Below are positions 51,693 to 64,000 of a DNA stretch of 64,000 bases, piece by piece. The number at the start of each line of letters is the position of its first letter. Positions within the stretch are counted from its first letter, which is position 1. The stretch is from Camelus dromedarius (taxonomy: Eukaryota), in the NCBI RefSeq assembly GCF_036321535.1, contig NC_087436.1, forward strand, positions 2,790,001-2,854,000. Reading direction: 5' to 3'. Both the position numbers and the translations under genes were made by a program. Under the pieces are notes generated by a model. That model saw only the letters and a program-made list of their open reading frames with translations. It was not told the DNA's origin and ran no database searches.

Positions 51693-54600
51693 CCGGTTTG
51701 AAGTTCCTGCAGTTTTCACTGTAAAACCGAGTTGGAGCTAGTACCTCCCCATATATATGTATGGAGTGGAGTTTGCAACTGAAAAGAAACTTTGTTTTCA
51801 CAACAAGCTAGTTGAAGGACGGCTTTCACACACACTTATCTCTCAGAACTGAGCTTGTGGAGAGACGTTCGTTCATCTAGCACAAAGGGAACGGGTTGAA
51901 GGAGAAACTTTTACTCTGTTTTCTCAGTCTGTTTCCTAGTGCCGGTTTGAAGTTCCTGCAGTTTTCACTGTAAAACCGAGTTGGAGCTAGTACCTCCCCA
52001 TATATATATATGGAGTGGAGTTTGCAAGTGAAAAGAAACTTTGGTTCCCAACAAGCCAAGTGAAGGACGGCTTTCACACACACTTATTTCTCAGAATTGA
52101 GCATGTGGAGAGACGTTCGTTCATCTAGCACAAAGGGAACGGGTTGCAGGAGAAACAATTACTCTGGTTTCTCAGTCTGTTTCCTAGTGCCGGTTTGAAG
52201 TTCCAGCAGTTTTCACTATAAAACGGATTTGGAGCTAGTACCTCCCCATATATATTTATGGAGTTGAGTTTGCAACTGAAAAGAAACTTTGTGTTCCCAA
52301 CAAGCTAGGTGAAGGACGGCTTTCACACACACTTATATCTCAGAACAGAACATGTGGAGAGACGTTCGTTCATCTAGCACAAAGGAACGGGTTGCAGGAG
52401 AAACTTTTACTCTCGTTTCTCATTCTGTTTCCTAGTGCCGGTTTGAAGTTCCTGCAGTTTTCACTGTAAAACCGAGTTGGAGCTAGTACCTCCCCATATA
52501 TTTGTATGGAGTGGAGTTTGCTACTGAAAAGAAACTTTGTGTTCCCAACAAGCTAAGTGAAGGACGGCTTTCACACACACTTATCTCTCAGAACTGAGCA
52601 TGTGGAGAGACGTTCGTTCATCTAGCACATATGGAACGGGTTGCAGGAAAAATTTTACTCTGGTTTCTCAATCTGTTTCCTAGTGCCGTTTTGAAGTTCC
52701 TGCAGTTTTCACTGTCAAATCGAGTTGGAGCTAGTACCTCCCAATATATATGTATGGAGTGGAGTTTGCAATTGAAAAGAAACTTTGTGTTCCCAACTAG
52801 CTAGGTGAAGGACGGCTTTCACACACACTTATCTCTCAGATCTGAGCATGTGGAGATACGTTGGTTCATCGAGCAAAAAGGGAACGGGTAACAGGAGAAA
52901 CTTTTACTCTGGTTTCTCATTCTGTTTTCTACTGCCGGTTTGATGTTCCTGCAGTTTTCACTGTAAAACAGAGTTGGAGCTATTACCTCCCCATATATAT
53001 GTATGGAGAGGAGATTGCAAGTGAAAAGAAACTTTGTGTTCCCAACAAGCTTGGTGAAGGACTGCTTTCACACACACTTATCTCTCAGAACTGAGCATGT
53101 GGATAGACGTACGTTCATCTAGCACGAAAGGGAACGGGTTGCAAGAGAAACTTTTACTCGGGTTTCTCAGTCTGTTTCCTAGTGCCGGTTTGAAGTTCCT
53201 GCAGTTTTCACTGTAAAACCGAGTTGGAGCTAGTACCTCCCCATATATATGTATGGAGTGGAGTTTGCAACTGAAAAGAAACTTTGTTTTCACAACAAGC
53301 TAGTTGAAGGATGGCTTTCACACACACTTATCTCTCAGAACTGAGCTTGTGGAGAGACGTTCGTTCATCTAGCACAAAGGGAACGGGTTGCAGGAGAAAC
53401 TTTTACTCTGGTTTCTCAGTCTGTTTCCTAGTGCCGGTTTGAAGTTCCAGCAGTTTTCACTATAAAACGGATTTGGAGCTAGTACCTCCCCATATATATT
53501 TATGGAGTTGAGTTTGCAACTGAAAAGAAACTTTGCGTTCCCAACAAGCTAGGTGAAGGACGGCTTTCACACACACTTATCTCTCAGAACTGAACATGTG
53601 GAGAGACGTTCGTTCATCTAGCACAAAGGAACGGGTTGCAGGAGAAACTTTTACTCTCGTTTCTCATTCTGTTTCCTAGTGCCGGTTTGAAGTTCCTGCA
53701 GTTTTCACTGTAAAACCGAGTTGGAGCTAGTACCTCCCCATATATTTGTATGGAGTGGAGTTTGCTACTGAAAAGAAACTTTGTGTTCCCAACAAGCTAG
53801 GTGAAGGACGGCTTTCACACACACTTATCTCTCAGAACTGAGCATGTGGATAGACGTACGTTCATCTAGCACAAAAGGGAACGGGTTGCAAGAGAAACTT
53901 TTACTCGGGTTTCTCAGTCTGTTTCCTAGTGCCGGTTTGAAGTTCCTGCAGTTTTCACTGTAAAACCGAGTTGGAGCTTGTACCTCCCCATATATATGTA
54001 TGGAGTGGAGTTTGCAACTGAAAAGAAACTTTGTTTTCACAACAAGCTAGTTGAAGGATGGCTTTCACACACACTTATCTCTCAGAACTGAGCTTGTGGA
54101 GAGACGTTCGTTCATCTAGCACAAAGGGAACGGGTTGCAGGAGAAACTTTTACTCTGTTTTCTCAGTCTGTTTCCTAGTGCCGGTTTGAAGTTCCTGCAG
54201 TTTTCACTGTAAAACCGAGTTGGAGCTAGTACTTCCCCATATATATATATGGAGTGGAGTTTGCAAGTGAAAAGAAACTTTGGTTCCCAACAAGCCAAGT
54301 GAAGGACGGCTTTCACACACACTTATTTCTCAGAATTGAGCATGTGGAGAGACGTTCGTTCATCTAGCACAAAGGGAACGGGTTGCAGGAGAAACAATTA
54401 CTCTGGTTTCTCAGTCTGTTTCCTAGTGCCGGTTTGAAGTTCCAGCAGTTTTCACTATAAAACGGATTTGGAGCTAGTACCTCCCCATATATATTTATGG
54501 AGTTGAGTTTGCAACTGAAAAGAAACTTTGTGTTCCCAACAAGCTAGGTGAAGGACGGCTTTCACACACACTTATATCTCAGAACTGAACATGTGGAGAG

Positions 54601-55332
54601 ACGTTCGTTCATCTAGCACAAAGGAACGGGTTGCAGGAGAAACTTTTACTCTCGTTTCTCATTCTGTTTCCTAGTGCCGGTTTGAAGTTCCTGCAGTTTT
54701 CACTGTAAAACCGAGTTGGAGCTAGTACCTCCCCATATATTTGTATGGAGTGGAGTTTGCTACTGAAAAGAAACTTTGGGTTCCCAACAAGCTAAGTGAA
54801 GGACGGCTTTCACACACACTTATCTCTCAGAACTGAGCATGTGGAGAGACGTTCGTTCATCTAGCACATATGGAACGGGTTGCAGGAAAAATTTTACTCT
54901 GGTTTCTCAATCTGTTTCCTAGTGCCGTTTTGAAGTTCCTGCAGTTTTCACTGTCAAATCGAGTTGGAGCTAGTACCTCCCAATATATATGTATGGAGTG
55001 GAGTTTGCAATTGAAAAGAAACTTTGTGTTCCCAACAAGCTAGGTGAAGGACGGCTTTCACACACACTTATCTCTCAGATCTGAGCATGTGGAGATACGT
55101 TGGTTCATCGAGCAAAAAGGGAACGGGTAACAGGAGAAACTTTTACTCTGGTTTCTCATTCTGTTTTCTACTGCCGGTTTGATGTTCCTGCAGTTTTCAC
55201 TGTAAAACAGAGTTGGAGCTATTACCTCCCCATATATATGTATGGAGAGGAGATTGCAAGTGAAAAGAAACTTTGTGTTCCCAACAAGCTTGGTGAAGGA
55301 CTGCTTTCACACACACTTATCTCTCAGAACTG
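51195..55332. repeat. Recent duplication with nine-monomer period (2,239 bp)
   Basis: ORF pairs 51586/53825, 51877/54116 and 52861/55100 are all offset 2,239. Private CTTTGCGTT, TTGGTTCCC, CACATATGG and GAGAGGAGATT occur in both copies. Confidence 0.9.
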
Positions 55333-58300
55333 ATCATGTGGAGAAACGTTTGTTCATCTAGCACAAACGGAACGTGTTGCAGGAGAATCTATTTCTCTGG
55401 TTTCTCAGTCTGTTTCCTGTTGCCGGTTTGAAGATCCTGCAGTTTTCACTGTAAAACCGTGTTGGAGATTGTACCTCCCCATATATATGTATGGAGTGGA
55501 GTTTGTAACTGAAAAGAAACTATGTGTTCCCAACAACCTAGGTGAAGAACGGCTTTCACACACACTTATCTCTCAGAACTGAGCATGTGGAGAGACGTTC
55601 GTTCATCTAGCACAAAGGGAACGGGTTGCAGGAGAAACATTTTCTCTGGTTTCTCAGTCTGTTTCCTAGTGCCGGTTTGAATTTCCTGCAGTTTTCACTG
55701 TAAAACAGAGTTGGAGCTAGTACCTCCCCATATATATGTATGGATTGGAGTTTGCAAGTGAAAAGAAACTTTGTGTTCCCAACAAGCTAGGTGAAGGAAT
55801 TCTTTCACACACCCTTATGTCTCAGAAATGAGAATGTGGAGAGACTTTCGTTCATCTAGCAAAAGGGAACGGGTTGCAGGGGAAACTTTTACTCTGGTAT
55901 CTCTGTCTGTTTCCGGTTGCCGGTTTGAAGTTCCTGTAATTTTCACTGTAAAACAGATTTGGAGCTAGTACCTCCCCATATATATGTATGGAGAGGAGTA
56001 TCAACTGAAAAGAAAATTTGTGTTCCCAATTAGCTCGGTGAAGGACGGCTTTCACACTCACTTATCTCTCAGAACTGAGCATGCGGAGAGACTTTCGTTC
56101 ATCTAGCACAAAGGGAACGGGTTGCAGGAGAAACTTTTACTCATTTTTCTCAGTCTGTTTCGTAGTGCCGGTTTGAAGTTCCTGCAGTTTTCACTGTAAA
56201 ACCGAGTTGGAGCTAGTACCACCCCATATATATGTATGGATTGGAGTTTGCAAGTGAAAAGAAACTTTGTGTTCCCAACAAGCTAGGTGAAGGACTTCTT
56301 TCACACACACTTATCTCTCAGAAATGAGCATGTGGGGAGACGTTCGTTCATCTAGCACAAAGGTAACGTTTTGCAGGAGAAAATTTTACTCTGGTTTCTC
56401 AGTCTGTTTCCTAGTGCCGGTTTGAAGTTCCTGCAATTTTCACTGTAAAACCGAGTTGGAGCTAGTACCTCCCCATATATATGTATGGATAGGAGTTTGC
56501 AAGTGAAAAGAAACTTTGTGTTCCCAACAAGCTAGGTGAAGGACGGCTTTCAAACACACTTAACTCTCAGAACTGAGCATGTGGAGAGACGTTCGTTCAT
56601 CTAGCAAAAAGGGAACGGTTTGCAGGGGAAACTTTTACTCTGTTATCTCAGTCTGTTTCCGATTGCCGGTTTGAAGTTCCTGCAGTTTTCACTGTAAAAC
56701 AGATTTGGAGCTAGTACCTCCCCATATATATGTATGGAGTGGAGTTTCAACTGAAAAAAAACTTTGTGTTCCCAAGAAGATCGTTGAAGGACGGCTTTCA
56801 CACTCACTTATCTCTCAGAACTGAGTATGTGGAGAGACGTTCGTTCATCTAGCACAAAGGGAACGGGTAGCAGGAGAAACATTTTCTCTGGTTTCCCAGT
56901 CTTTTTCCTAGTGTCGGTTTGAAGTTCCTGAAGTTTTCACTGTAAAACAGAGTTGGAACTAGTACCTCCCCATATATATGTATGGATTGGAGTTTGCAAG
57001 TGAAAAGAAACTTTGTGTTCCTTAACAAGCTAGGTGAAGGACGGCTTTCAAACACACTTATCTCTCAGAACTGAGCATGTGGAGAGACGTTCGTTCATCT
57101 AGCACAAAGGGAACGGGATGCAGGAGATAATTTTACTCTGGTTTCTCAGTCTGTTTCCTAGTGCCGGTTTGAAATTCCTTCAGTTTTCAATGAAAACCGT
57201 GTTGGAGCTAGTACCTCCCCATATATATGTATGGATTGGTGTTTGCAACTGAAAAGAAACTTTGTGCTCCCAACAAGCTTGGTGAAGGACGGCTTTCACA
57301 CACACATATTTCTCAGAACTAAGCATGTGGAGAGACGTTCGTTCATCTAGCACAAACGGAACGGGATGCAGGGGAATCTTTTAATCTGGTTTCTCAGTCT
57401 GTTTCCTAGTGCCGGTTTGAAGTTCCTGAATTTTTCACTGTAAAACAGATTTGGAACTAGTACCTCCCCATATATATGTATGGAGTGGAGTTTGCAATTG
57501 AAAAGAAACTTTGTGTTCCCAACAAGCATGGTGAAGGACGGCTTTCACACACACTTATCTCTCAGAACTGAACATGTGGAGGGACGTTCGTTCATCTAGC
57601 ACAAAGGGAAAGGGTTGCAGGAGAAACTTTTTCTCTGGTTTCTCAATGTGTTTACTGTTGCCGGTTTGAAGATCCTGCAGTTTTCACTGTAAAACCGAGT
57701 TGGAGATTGTACTTCCCCATATATATGTATGGAATGGAGTTTGCAATTGAAAAGAAACTTTGTGTTCCCAACAAGCTCGGTGAAGGACGGCTTTCACATA
57801 CAATTATCTCTCAGAATTGAGCATGTGGAGAGACTTTCGTTCATCTAGCAAAAAGGGAACGGGTTGCAGGGGAAACTTTTACTCTGGTATCTCAGTCTGT
57901 TTCCGGTTGCCGGTTTTAAGTTCCTGCAGTTTTCACTGTAAAACAGATTTGGAGCTAGTACCTCCCCATATATATGTATGGAGTGGAGTTTCAACTGAAA
58001 AAAAACTTTGTGTTCCCAAGAAGCTCGGTGAAAGACGGCTTTCACACTCACTTTTCTCTCAGAACTGAGCATGTGGAGAGACTTTCGTTCATCTAGCACA
58101 AAGGGAACGGGTTGCAGGAGAAACTTTTACTCATTTACCTCAGTCTGTTTCGTAGTACCGGTTTGTATTTCCTGCAGTTTTCACTGTAAAACCGCGTTGG
58201 AGCTTGTACCTCCCCATATATATGTATGGAGTGGAGTTTGCAACTGAAAAGAAACTTTGTGTTCCCAACAAGATAGGTGAAGGACGGCTTTCACACACAA

Positions 58301-59153
58301 TTATCTCTCAGAACTGAGCATGTGGAGAGACGTTCGTTCATCTAGCACAAAGGGAACGGGTTGCAGGAGAAACTTTTACTCTGGTTTCTCAGTCTGTTTC
58401 GTAGTGCCGGTTTGAAGTTCTTGCAGTTTTCACTGTAAAACCGAGTTGGACCTAGTACCTACCCATATAAATGTTTGGAGTGGAGTTTGCCACTGAAAGG
58501 AAACTTTGTGTTCCCAACAAGCTAGGTGAAGGACGGCTTTCACACACACATATCTCTCAGAACTGAGCATGTGGAGAGACGTTCGTTCATCTAGCACAAA
58601 GGGAACGGGATGCAGGAGAAACTTTTACTCTGGTTTCTCAGTCTTTTTCCTAGTGCCGGTTTGAAGTTCTTGCAGTTTTCACTGTAAAAACGAGTTGGAG
58701 CTATTACCTACCCATATATATGTATGGAGTGGAGTTTGAAACTGAAAAGAAACTTTGTGTTCCCAACATGCTAGGTAAAGCACGGCTTTCACACACACTT
58801 ATCTCTCAGAAGTGAGCATGTGGAGAGACGTTCGTTCAGCAAGCACAAAGGGAACGGGTTGCAGGAGAAACTTGTACACTGGTTTCTCAGTCTGTTTCCT
58901 AGTGCCGGTTTGAATTTCCTGCAGTTTTCACTGTAAAACTGAGTTGGAGCTAGTACCTCCCCATAAATATGTATGGAGTGGAGTTAGCAAGTGAAAAGAA
59001 ACTTTGTGTTCTCAACATGCTAGGTGAAGTGCGGCTTTCACACACACTTATCTCTCAGAACTGAGCATGTGGATAGACGTTCGTTCATCTAGCACAAAGG
59101 GAACGTGTTGCAGGAGAAACTTTTACTCTGGTTTCTCAGTCTGTTTCCTAGTG

Positions 59154-61142
59154 CCGGTTTGAAGATCCTTCAGTTTTCACTGTAAAACCGAGTTGGAGAT
59201 TGTACCTCCCCATATATATGTATGGAATGGAGTTTGTAAATGAAAAGAAACTTTGTGTTCCCAACAAGCTAGGTGAAGGACGGCTTTAACACACACTTGT
59301 CTCTCAGAAATGAGCATGTGGAGAGAGTTCGTTCATCTAGCACAAAGGGAACGGGTTGCAGGTGAAACTTTTACTCTGGTATCTCACTCTGTTTCCGGTT
59401 GCCGTTTTGAAGTTCCTGCAGTTTTCACAGTAAAACAGAGTTGGAGCTAGTACCTCCCCATATATATGTATGGAGTGGAGTTTGCAATTGAAAAGAAACT
59501 TTGTGTTCCCAACAAGCTAGGTGAAGGACGGCTTTCAAACACACTTAACTCTCAGAACTGAGCATGTGGAGAGACGTTCGTTCATCTACCAAAAAGGGAA
59601 CGGTTTGCAGGGGAATCTTTTACTCTGGTATCTCAGTCTTTTTCCGATTGCCGGTTTGAAGTTCCTGCAGTTTTCACTGTAAAACAGATTTGGAGCTAGT
59701 ACCTCCCCATATATATGTATGGAGTGGAGTTTCAACTGGAAAAAAAACTTTGTGTTCCCAAGAAGCTCGTTGAAGGGCGGCTTTCACACTCACTTATCTC
59801 TCAGAACTGAGTATGTGTAGAGACGTTCGTTCATCTAGCACAAATGGAACGGGTAGCAGGGAAATTTTTCTCTGTTTTCTCAGTCTTTTTCCTAGTGTCG
59901 GTTTGAAGTTCCTGAAGTTTTCACTGGAAAACAGAGTTGGAACTAGTACCTCCCCATATATATGTATGGAGTGGAGTTTGCAATTGAAAAGAAACTTTGT
60001 GTTCCCAACAAGCTAGGTGAAGGACGGCTTTCACACACAAATATCTCTCAGATCTGAGCATGTGGAGAGACGTTCGTTCATCTAGCAAAAAGGGAAAGTG
60101 TTGCAGGAGAAACTTTTTCTCTGGTTTCTCAATGTGTTTCCTGTTGCCTGTTTGAAGATCCTGCAGTTTTCACTGTAAAACCGAGTTGGAGATTGTACCT
60201 CCCCTTATATATGTATGGAATGGAGTTTGTAAATGAAAAGAAACTTTGTGTTCCCAACAAGCTAGGTGAAGGACGGCTTTAACACACACTTGTCCCTCAG
60301 AAATGAGCATGTGGAGATACGTTCGTTCATCTAGCACAAAGGGAACGGGTTGCAGGGGAAACTTTTACTCTGGTATCTCACTCTGTTTCCGGTTGCCGTT
60401 TTGAAGTTCCTGCAGTTTTCACAGTAAAACAGAGTTGGAGCTACTACCTCCCCATATATATGTATGGAGTGGAGTTTGCAATTGAAAAGAAACTTTGTGT
60501 TCCCAACAAGCTAGGTGAAGGACGGCTTTCAAACACACTTAACTCTCAGAACTGAGCATGTGGAGAGACGTTCGTTCATCTAGCAAAAAGGGAACGGTTT
60601 GCAGGGGAATCTTTTACTCTGGTATCTCAGTCTGTTTCTGATTGCCGGTTTGAAGTTCCTGCAGTTTTCACTGTAAAACAGATTTGGAGCTAGTACCTCC
60701 CCATGTATATGTATGGAGTGGAGTTTCAACTGGAAAAAAAACTTTGTGTTCCCAAGAAGCTCGTTGAAGGACGGCTTTCACACTCACTTATCTCTCAGAA
60801 CTGAGTATGTGTAGAGACGTTCGTTCATCTAGCACAAAGGGAACGGGTAGCAGGAGAAACTTTTTCTCTGGTTTCTCAGTCTTTTTCCTAGTGTCGGTTT
60901 GAAGTTCCTGAAGTTTTCACTGGAAAACAGAGTTGGAACTAGTACCTCCCCATATATATGTATGGAGTGGAGTTTGCAATTGAAAAGAAACTTTGTGTTC
61001 CCAACAAGCTAGGTGAAGGACGGCTTTCACACACAAATATCTCTCAGATCTGAGCATGTGGAGAGACGTTCGTTTATCTAGCAAAAAGGGAACGGGTTGC
61101 AGGAGAAACTTTTACTCTGGTCTCTCAGTCTGTTTTCTAGTG
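59154..61142. repeat. Tandem four-monomer duplication (~994 bp)
   Basis: CAACTGGAAAAAAAAC at 59733 and 60727; GTATGTGTAG, CACTGGAAAA and ACAAATATCTCTCAGATC repeat at about the same offset. Confidence 0.83.
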
Positions 61143-64000
61143 CCAGTTTGAAGTTCCTGCAGTTTTCACTGTAAAACCGAGTTGGAGCTAGTACCTCCCC
61201 ATATATATGTATGGATTGGAGTTTGCAAGTGAAAAGAAACTTTGTGTTCCCAACAAGCTAGGTGAAGGACGGCTTTCAAACACACTTATCTCTCAGAACT
61301 GAGCATGTGGAGAGACGTTCGTTCATCTAGCACAATGGGAACGGGATGCAGGAAATAATTTTACTCTGGTTTCTCAGTCTGTTTCCTAGTGCCGGTTTCA
61401 AATTCCTTCAGTTTTCAATGAAAACCGTGTTGGAGCTAGTACCTCCCCATATATATGTATGGATTGGTGTTTGCAACTGAAAAGAAACTTTGTGCTCCCA
61501 ACAAGCTTGGTGAAGGACTGCTTTCACACACACATATTTCTCAGAACTAAGCATGTGGAGAGACGTTCGTTCATCTAGCACAAACGGAACGGGATACAGG
61601 GGAAACTTTTAATCTGGTTTCTCAGTCTGTTTCCTAGTGCCGGTTTGAAGTTCCTGAATTTTTCACTGTAAAACAGAGTTGGAACTAGTACCTCCCCATA
61701 TATATGTATGGAGTGGAGTTTGCAATTGAAAAGAAACTTTGTGTTCCCAACAAGCATGGTGAAGGACGGCTTTCACACACACTTTTCTCTCAGAACTGAT
61801 CATGTGGAGGGACGTTCGTTCATCTAGCACAAAGGGAAAGGGTTGCAGGAGAAACTTTTTCTCTGGTTTCTCAATGTGTTTCCTGTTGCCGGTTTGAAGA
61901 TCCTGCAGTTTTCACTGTAAAACCGAGTTGGAGATTGTACCTCCCCATATATATGTATGGAATGGAGTTTGTAAATGAAAAGAAACTTTGTGTTTCCAAC
62001 AAGCTAGGTGAAGGACGGCTTTAACACACACTTGTCTCTCAGAAATGAGCATGTGGAGAGACGTTCGTTCATCTAGCACAAAGGGAACGGGTTGCAGGGG
62101 AAACTTTTACTCTGGTATCTCACTCTGTTTCCGGTTGCCGTTTTGAAGTTCCTGCAGTTTTCACTGTAAAACAGAGTTGGAGCTAGTACCTCCCCATATA
62201 TATGTATGGAGTGGAGTTTGCAATTGAAAACAAACTTTGCGTTCCCAACAAGCTAGTTGAAGGACGGCTTTCACACACAATTATCTCTCAGAAATGAGCA
62301 TGTGGAGAGACTTTCGTTCATCTAACAAAAAGGGAACGGGTTGCAGGGGAAACTTTTACTCTGGTATCTCAGTCTGTTTCCGGTTGCCGGTTTGAAGTTC
62401 CTGCAGTTTTCACTGTAAAACAGATTTGGAGCTAGTACCTCCCCATATATATGTATGGAGTGGAGTTTCAACTGAAAAAACACTTTGTGTTCCCAAGAAG
62501 CTCGGTGAAAGACGGCTTTCACACTCACTTGTTTCTCAGAACTGAGCATGTGGAGAGACTTTCGTTCATCTAGCACAAAGGGAACGGGTTGCAGGAGAAA
62601 CTTTTACTCATTTACCTCAGTCTGTTTCGTAGTGCCGGTTTGAATTTCCTGCAGTTTTCACTGTAAAACCGCGTTGGAGCTTGTACCTCCCCATATATAT
62701 GTATGGAGTGGAGTTAGCAAGTGAAAAGAAACTTTGTGTTCTCAACATGCTAGGTGAAGGGCGGCTTTCACACACACTTATCTCTCAGAACTGAGCATGT
62801 GGATAGACGTTCGTTCATCTAGCACAAAGGGAACGTGTTGCAGGAGAAACTTTTACTCTGGTTTCTCAGTCTGTTTCCTAGTGCCGGTTTGAAGATCCTT
62901 CAGTTTTCACTGTAAAACCGAGTTGGAGATTGTACCTCCCCATATATATGTATGGAATGGAGTTTGTAAATGTTAAAAGAAACTTTGTGTTCCCAACAAG
63001 CTAGGTGAAGGACGGCTTTAACACACACTTGTCTCTCAGAAATGAGCATGTGGAGAGACGTTCGTTCATCTAGCACAAATGGAACGGGTTGCAGGGGAAA
63101 CTTTTACTCTGGTATCTCACTCTGTTTCCGGTTGCCGTTTTGAAGTTCCTGCAGTTTTCACAGTAAAACAGAGTTGGAGCTAGTACCTCCCCATATATAT
63201 GTATGGAGTGGAGTTTGCAATTGAAAAGAAACTTTGTGTTCCCAACAAGCTAGGTGAAGGACGGCTTTCACACACAAATATCTCTCAGATCTGAGCATGT
63301 GGAGAGACGTTCGTTTATCTAGCAAAAAGGGAACGGGTTGCAGGAGAAACTTTTACTCTGGTTTCTCAGTCTGTTTTCTAGTGCCAGTTTGAAGTTCCTG
63401 CAGTTTTCACTGTAAAACCGAGTTGGAGCTAGTACCTCCCCATATATATGTATGGATTGGAGTTTGCAAGTGAAAAGAAACTTTGTGTTCCCAACAAGCT
63501 AGGTGAAGGACGGCTTTCAAACACACTTATCTCTCAGAACTGAGCATGTGGAGAGACGTTCGTTCATCTAGCACAATGGGAACGGGATGCAGGAAATAAT
63601 TTTACTCTGGTTTCTCAGTCTGTTTCCTAGTGCCGGTTTCAAATTCCTTCAGTTTTCAATGAAAACCGTGTTGGAGCTAGTACCTCCCCATATATATGTA
63701 TGGATTGGTGTTTGCAACTGAAAAGAAACTTTGTGCTCCCAACAAGCTTGGTGAAGGACGGCTTTCACACACACATATTTCTCAGAACTAAGCATGTGGA
63801 GAGACGTTCGTTCATCTAGCACAAACGGAACGGGATACAGGGGAAACTTTTAATCTGGTTTCTCAGTCTGTTTCCTAGTGCCGGTTTGAAGTTCCTGAAT
63901 TTTTCACTGTAAAACAGAGTTGGAACTAGTACCTCCCCATATATATGTATGGAGTGGAGTTTGCAATTGAAAAGAAACTTTGTGTTCCCAACAAGCATGG
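61143..64000. repeat. Block recurring at nine-monomer offset (2,241 bp), cut by the window end; related block about 4,228 bp upstream
   Basis: CCAGTTT monomer start at 61143 and 63384; GGAAATAATT, TTCAAATTCCTT and GGGATACAGG shared. ORFs at 57347, 61575 and 63816. Confidence 0.83.

Larger units (their letters stand above)
1..64000. repeat. Tandem satellite DNA array, ~249-bp monomer, ~257 head-to-tail copies in one orientation; extends past both window edges; probably (peri)centromeric
   Basis: Monomer start CCGGTTT recurs at 1, 250, 498 and onward to the end of the window. Every interval holds the same ordered motifs (CATATATATGTATGG, CTTTGTGTTCCC, CTCAGAACTGAGC, GTTCGTTCATCTAGC). No unique or inverted sequence seen. 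The centromeric role is inferred only. Confidence 0.99.

Noticed and set aside
433..63998. About 55 short ORFs (60-98 aa) on both strands
   Set aside because: All are translations of the monomer in several frames on both strands. They open or close with single SNPs or indels, rarely exceed one monomer, and resemble no protein I recognise. Used only as periodicity markers.
1..64000. CRISPR array or other repeat-spacer system
   Set aside because: There are no unique spacers, since the whole 249 bp repeats, and there are no cas or other genes.
1..64000. Primate alpha satellite or mouse minor/major satellite
   Set aside because: The period is 249 bp rather than 171, 120 or 234 bp, and only short words such as CTCAGAA and CTTTGTG are reminiscent.
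1..64000. Transposon insertions, inversions or telomeric repeats
   Set aside because: None seen on reading through. Monomer phase and orientation are unbroken, and the largest non-monomer indels noticed are 1-2 bp (e.g. +TT at ~62973).

Overview
The whole 64 kb is one uninterrupted, single-orientation, head-to-tail tandem satellite array of about 257 copies of a ~249-bp monomer (individual copies about 246-251 bp). A by-eye consensus is ~45% GC with 6 CpG: CCGGTTTGAAGTTCCTGCAGTTTTCACTGTAAAACCGAGTTGGAGCTAGTACCTCCCCATATATATGTATGGAGTGGAGTTTGCAA(G/C)TGAAAAGAAACTTTGTGTTCCCAACAAGCTAGGTGAAGGACGGCTTTCACACACACTTATCTCTCAGAACTGAGCATGTGGAGAGACGTTCGTTCATCTAGCACAAAGGGAACGGGTTGCAGGAGAAACTTTTACTCTGGTTTCTCAGTCTGTTTCCTAGTG. 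I found no genes, RNA genes, transposons or unique sequence; the ORFs in the track are chance reading frames in the monomer. The architecture is typical of eukaryotic (peri)centromeric satellite, but that is inference and I cannot name the species or family. Three things stand out. (1) There is a readable higher-order-repeat (HOR) history: a 22-mer HOR with deletion and duplication derivatives, 17/18-mer units, and local 2-, 3-, 4-, 5- and 9-mer duplications, arranged in layers with private monomer variants. (2) The monomer is dense in dyad symmetry, including a ~97-bp imperfect inverted repeat. (3) There is no intact CENP-B box, but a motif resembling one split by 13 bp. An apparent excess of G>T/C>A variants is also noted. 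All comparisons were made by eye and need computational confirmation. I found no evidence of a protein-coding or prokaryotic system.
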